Notes under the pieces: model-generated
Databases searched by the model: none
Told to the model about the DNA's origin: nothing
Seen by the model: only the letters and a program-made list of their open reading frames with translations
Position numbers and translations under genes: made by a program
Shown: positions 62,971 to 64,000 of the stretch, one piece after another
Layout: every line of letters begins with the position of its first letter
How positions within the stretch are numbered: the first letter of the stretch is position 1
From: Blastocatellia bacterium
GTDB taxonomy: Bacteria > Acidobacteriota > Blastocatellia > UBA7656
Direction of reading: 5' to 3'
Assembly: GCA_045807765.1 (NCBI GenBank)
Contig: JBJMGU010000120.1
Location: 778 to 64,777 of the forward strand
Length of the DNA stretch: 64,000 bases

Positions 62971-63999
62971 CTACGCGGTGGCGCGGTCGAGCGGCGGCCC
63001 CGTCGTAAAGAAATCTTCATAAAAGCGGCGGTTGTACTGGTCGAGCAGCTCTTCGATGCGCTCGGGGTTGGGCGAGCCGAAGACCAGCCCGGCGTGATAA
63101 CGCTTGTGCAAACGATAAGTGATCTCCGAATCCGTATAAGCCGACAGGTCGGGATATTCCTGCCGCGCCAGCGAGATCACCACGCCGGCATAATTGTCGC
63201 GGTGCGGCGGCAGCTCGTACACCGAGTCTTCGCCGGCCACTTCGATGCGCGCCCACTCGGCCCAGAGGTTGAGGCCCGACGAGGCTTCGACGCACTCGGC
63301 GATGTTGGCGCCGCCGACGCGCGCGGCGATTTCCAGAAAGTAGAAGCGCCCGTCGTCGCGCCCCTTGATGAATTCGGCATGGGTGACGCCGCGCACCAGC
63401 CCGAGGGCTTTGATGACATCGCGGTTCAACAGCTCAAGCGCCTGCGCGTCAGCACTCTCGTGCGGAATCTTGCGCGTCGAGAAGATGCCGCCCGCCGACA
63501 CTTCCATCGGCGGCTTGCCATACTTGTGCGCCACGGTGAACTTCACTTCACGGTCAAAAACAATCGAGTCGAGATGGTAGATGTCGCCGGGAATGAAATG
63601 TTCGAGGACGTAGTAAGACTGGCGGTCACCCATCGCGTCGAGCAGCGGCCATAGCTCGTCGGAGTTGTGCAGCTTCTTGATGCCGATGGCGGCAGCTTCG
63701 GCGCGCGGCTTCAAGACCCAGGGCGGCGGCACCCGCGCCATATAATCGCGCAGCCGGTCGTAATTCAAGACGTGAACGAACTCGGGAACGAGCAGGCCAG
63801 AGTTGTGCGCCTTGACGCGCATGGCAAGCTTGTCGCGGAAGTAGCGCGCCGTGGTCTCGCCCATGCCGGGCACCCGCAGGTGCTCGCGCAGCATGGCGGC
63901 GGTCTCCTGGTCAAATTCGTCGAGCGGCACGATGCGATGAATCTCACGCGAGCGCGAGAGGTAGCTGATGCCTTTGAGCACGTCGTCGTTGCTGTGCTG
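62971..63999 (-). CDS. ATP-grasp domain protein (5' end outside window)
   Basis: [13 protein letters not shown]..., ATP-grasp core [18 protein letters not shown]..., [13 protein letters not shown]. The frame stays open upstream of the track's GTG at 63981, to the window edge. Confidence 0.7.
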   Translation of the reverse strand, partial: QHSNDDVLKGISYLSRSREIHRIVPLDEFDQETAAMLREHLRVPGMGETTARYFRDKLAMRVKAHNSGLLVPEFVHVLNYDRLRDYMARVPPPWVLKPRAEAAAIGIKKLHNSDELWPLLDAMGDRQSYYVLEHFIPGDIYHLDSIVFDREVKFTVAHKYGKPPMEVSAGGIFSTRKIPHESADAQALELLNRDVIKALGLVRGVTHAEFIKGRDDGRFYFLEIAARVGGANIAECVEASSGLNLWAEWARIEVAGEDSVYELPPHRDNYAGVVISLARQEYPDLSAYTDSEITYRLHKRYHAGLVFGSPNPERIEELLDQYNRRFYEDFFTTGPPLDRATA

Positions 64000-64000
64000 G

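Overview
High-GC bacterial chromosomal segment. The gene content points to Acidobacteriota: two PadR plus ADOP-type duplicated FtsX permease pairs, and a CarboxypepD_reg-type TonB-dependent receptor. Most of the window is ordinary housekeeping or scavenging genes: peptidases, amidohydrolases, solute:sodium symporters, hutI, an ECF sigma/anti-sigma pair and secreted hypotheticals.

Two regions stand out.

(1) 44994-47328, minus strand: an ultra-compact array of 28 tRNA-like units. 26 fold as cloverleaves and 2 are degenerate or chimeric. Most spacers are 1-7 nt. The array is followed within 7 nt by an HNH endonuclease gene, and it contains a 23-aa Cys/His microORF with a perfect GGAGG. Many of these tRNAs are non-canonical: A8 instead of U8, all three Leu-anticodon tRNAs lacking the long variable arm, and a long-arm tRNA with anticodon UAU.

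(2) 23956-28990: an accessory island.
- It has a phage-like XRE / ImmA-like switch and a SWIM-Rad52 single-strand annealing protein.
- These are followed by three AT-richer gene cassettes, each ending in a ~92-bp imperfect palindrome. The palindromes have integron attC architecture: RYYYAAC...GTTRRRY boxes, an unpaired spacer, two extrahelical bases, a variable centre and a compensatory base-pair change.
- No integrase is present in the window.
- One cassette is a hicAB pair whose hicA carries an in-frame amber stop.

Other notable items:
- a family of intergenic hairpins whose arms are short tandem repeats;
- a divergent PadR/ADOP pair with two different direct-repeat operators in mirrored promoter geometry;
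- a predicted MurNAc/peptidoglycan-scavenging operon with a beta-lactamase-fold/DUF1343 fusion;
- an NDH-2/cNMP-binding fusion;
- an orphan HerA-like ATPase.

No rRNA and no CRISPR array were seen. All RNA folds and domain calls were made by eye from the sequence and ORF track. No search tools were used.
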